DNA of 34,119 bases from assembly GCA_016202785.1 (NCBI GenBank), contig JACQOC010000023.1:1-34119 (forward strand), in the 5' to 3' direction. The DNA comes from Candidatus Aenigmatarchaeota archaeon (GTDB lineage: Archaea > Aenigmatarchaeota > Aenigmatarchaeia > QMZP01). This document shows positions 32,837-34,119 of the stretch, in pieces. Position 1 is the first letter of the stretch. Each line of letters starts with the position of its first letter. A program made the translations under genes and the position numbers. The notes under the pieces were generated by a model. The model had not been told where the DNA came from. It saw only the letters and a program-made list of their open reading frames with translations, and did not search any database.

Positions 32837-34062
32837 AAGCGATCTAACGGAAATTTGTGGTTGGAACAGCCAATGTGGGCTATTTCAAAGCTGTCTGCCT
32901 GCTGGGTGCAAGCAACATTTTGGTTGGCATTTGCGGTGCACACCGACAAGCGGCCATTTTCCAGCCTGATCCGGTACGCAGATTGTGTATAACAAATTTT
33001 GGTTATGGAAAGTATGGCATCACCGTCCTTGAAAGGTATGAGAAAGCGGCCTTTGCTGCTGCGGCCGCCGTATAAAAGCTTCCCATCAACGTCAAACATC
33101 GAAACCCTGGCGCCGTCCAAAGGCTGGCCGTCGGCCAGCGTGTATATGACAGTGCCGCTGCCCAAAATTTGGGAAAAGGTGTTGTTTTCTATGCGATAGA
33201 GAGAGCAGTTGCATTCCTGGAAATATTTCACCAGCTCCAACGGCTGGCGCCTTTCGGCGTTTCCGGCAAAGAGGATATATGGCGTATTCAGCCGCACGGC
33301 AGCAAGAATGGCCTCCGGCTCATTAGCCTCGGCGTGGAAGAAATCGGCATAGGTTCCGGTAAGGAGTTTTACCGTCCCATATGCCATTCTAATCGTTGTG
33401 CCGTGATAGAGGTCCTGGGTCGCAAGGGGTTCGTTTAAAGATCTGATGAAATCCCACATCGGCCACTCAAATGGGTAATGACCAGCGTATACTTGAGACG
33501 TTGTGGCGATTCCATATAGTGCCGTCAGAATGGCAACAACGGCAAAAACTGCATGGAATACCTTGCGTCTTTTCGCAATGGCGTGCATGCCGTAAACGGC
33601 AATGAGCATGAAGGCCGGAAATATTGGAAAAAGTAGCCTTGTGCCCTTCACAGAAAAGAACTGCAAAACGGAGAACATGATGAGAAACCAGAGAAGCGGG
33701 AAAATCATTTTGCCGTCTTTCAACCGCCATGAATATAACAGACCGGCAAAGAAAAATGGCAGCGCGAAGTAAAAGGTATCGAAGGAATTGGAAAAATAAT
33801 AATCCCAAGGCTGGCCGACCTTGCCGGTAGGGCTGAATGCTGCCTGGCCGGCAAGAGTCTCATATATGGCCTGGTGGAAAATGCTCATTCCGGTATTTGC
33901 GGATCGATAGTAAAGGTAAGGCGCCATTATCATGAATCCTGAAACCAGAAACACAAAAGCCTTCAGCAACATCGGTTTGGAAATGGCTGAGAAACGTTTC
34001 TCGTAAAAAAGATAGGCAAAAAGTATCGGCAGAATGACAATTATCTGGACTCGGGTGAGCAT
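32833..34062 (-). CDS. GT39/ArnT-like (PMT_2) membrane glycosyltransferase fragment with an extracytoplasmic C-terminal beta-rich domain; possibly N-terminally interrupted
   Basis: Multiple TM helices, then a soluble tail (DGQPLDGARVSMFDVDGKLLYGG..KGRFLIPF) like a carboxypeptidase-regulatory domain. 4-nt overlap with the convergent GT2 stop. An in-frame TAA at 34096-34098 separates it from an upstream open frame that reaches the window edge. Confidence 0.65.
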   Translation of the reverse strand: MLTRVQIIVILPILFAYLFYEKRFSAISKPMLLKAFVFLVSGFMIMAPYLYYRSANTGMSIFHQAIYETLAGQAAFSPTGKVGQPWDYYFSNSFDTFYFALPFFFAGLLYSWRLKDGKMIFPLLWFLIMFSVLQFFSVKGTRLLFPIFPAFMLIAVYGMHAIAKRRKVFHAVFAVVAILTALYGIATTSQVYAGHYPFEWPMWDFIRSLNEPLATQDLYHGTTIRMAYGTVKLLTGTYADFFHAEANEPEAILAAVRLNTPYILFAGNAERRQPLELVKYFQECNCSLYRIENNTFSQILGSGTVIYTLADGQPLDGARVSMFDVDGKLLYGGRSSKGRFLIPFKDGDAILSITKICYTQSAYRIRLENGRLSVCTANANQNVACTQQADSFEIAHIGCSNHKFPLDRF

Positions 34063-34119
34063 GCCGATGCCATATGCGATCCCAGACAGGGCAAATTATA
34101 CCGCCTTTTCTTTCCGCAT

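Noticed and set aside
1-34119. Search for CRISPR arrays, rRNA genes, IS elements, integrases, reverse transcriptases and known defence-system genes
   Set aside because: I could see no regularly spaced direct repeats, no rRNA-like segments, and no transposase, integrase or RT motifs in any frame. The window is dominated by core genes.

Overview
This is a compact archaeal chromosomal window. G+C is high, roughly 55-65% in most coding lines. Genes sit close together, AT-rich TATA-like boxes lie about 25 nt upstream of many starts, and oligo-T tracts follow several genes.

Most of the content is core housekeeping:
- Translation and protein export: the uS5-uL30-uL15-SecY block, a DUF106/YidC-like insertase and eL40.
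- RNA modification and processing: Cbf5, Bud32, a large tRNA-splicing endonuclease, and aCPSF1/FttA.
- tRNA charging and editing: ProRS, a CsaA-like tRNA-binding protein and AlaX.
- Protein turnover and folding: proteasome beta, prefoldin beta and methionine aminopeptidase.
- Other core genes: SepF, family-B DNA polymerase, type-2 IPP isomerase, and the 3' part of a FlaI/PilB-type ATPase.

A split-MetE plus MTHFR-like operon and a 7 kb sugar-nucleotide/glycosyltransferase cluster fill the rest.

The ORF track misses two intron-containing tRNA genes. tRNA-Cys(GCA) has one canonical intron. tRNA-Tyr(GUA) has a canonical intron and a second, non-canonical intron in the T-arm. The track also misses the 57-aa eL40 gene and a 12-14 codon lysine-rich micro-ORF.

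The multi-intron tRNA and the 394-aa multi-unit EndA are consistent with a DPANN (Micrarchaeota-like) lineage. That assignment is inference only.

I see no CRISPR array, rRNA, transposase or recognisable defence system. The only clearly foreign-looking DNA is a ~0.69 kb low-GC island (11612-12296). It carries one orphan 149-aa protein with a His-Me/HNH-like motif pair and is fused onto the 3' end of the MTHFR-like gene. This is my best candidate for something undescribed, though the evidence is thin.

Other points worth a second look:
- a ~54-residue two-helix hydrophobic insertion in SecY
- a dense CTATAG palindrome cluster in a divergent promoter
- an orphan gene in the slot where adenylate kinase usually sits
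- an in-frame TAA in the GT39-like gene at the window edge
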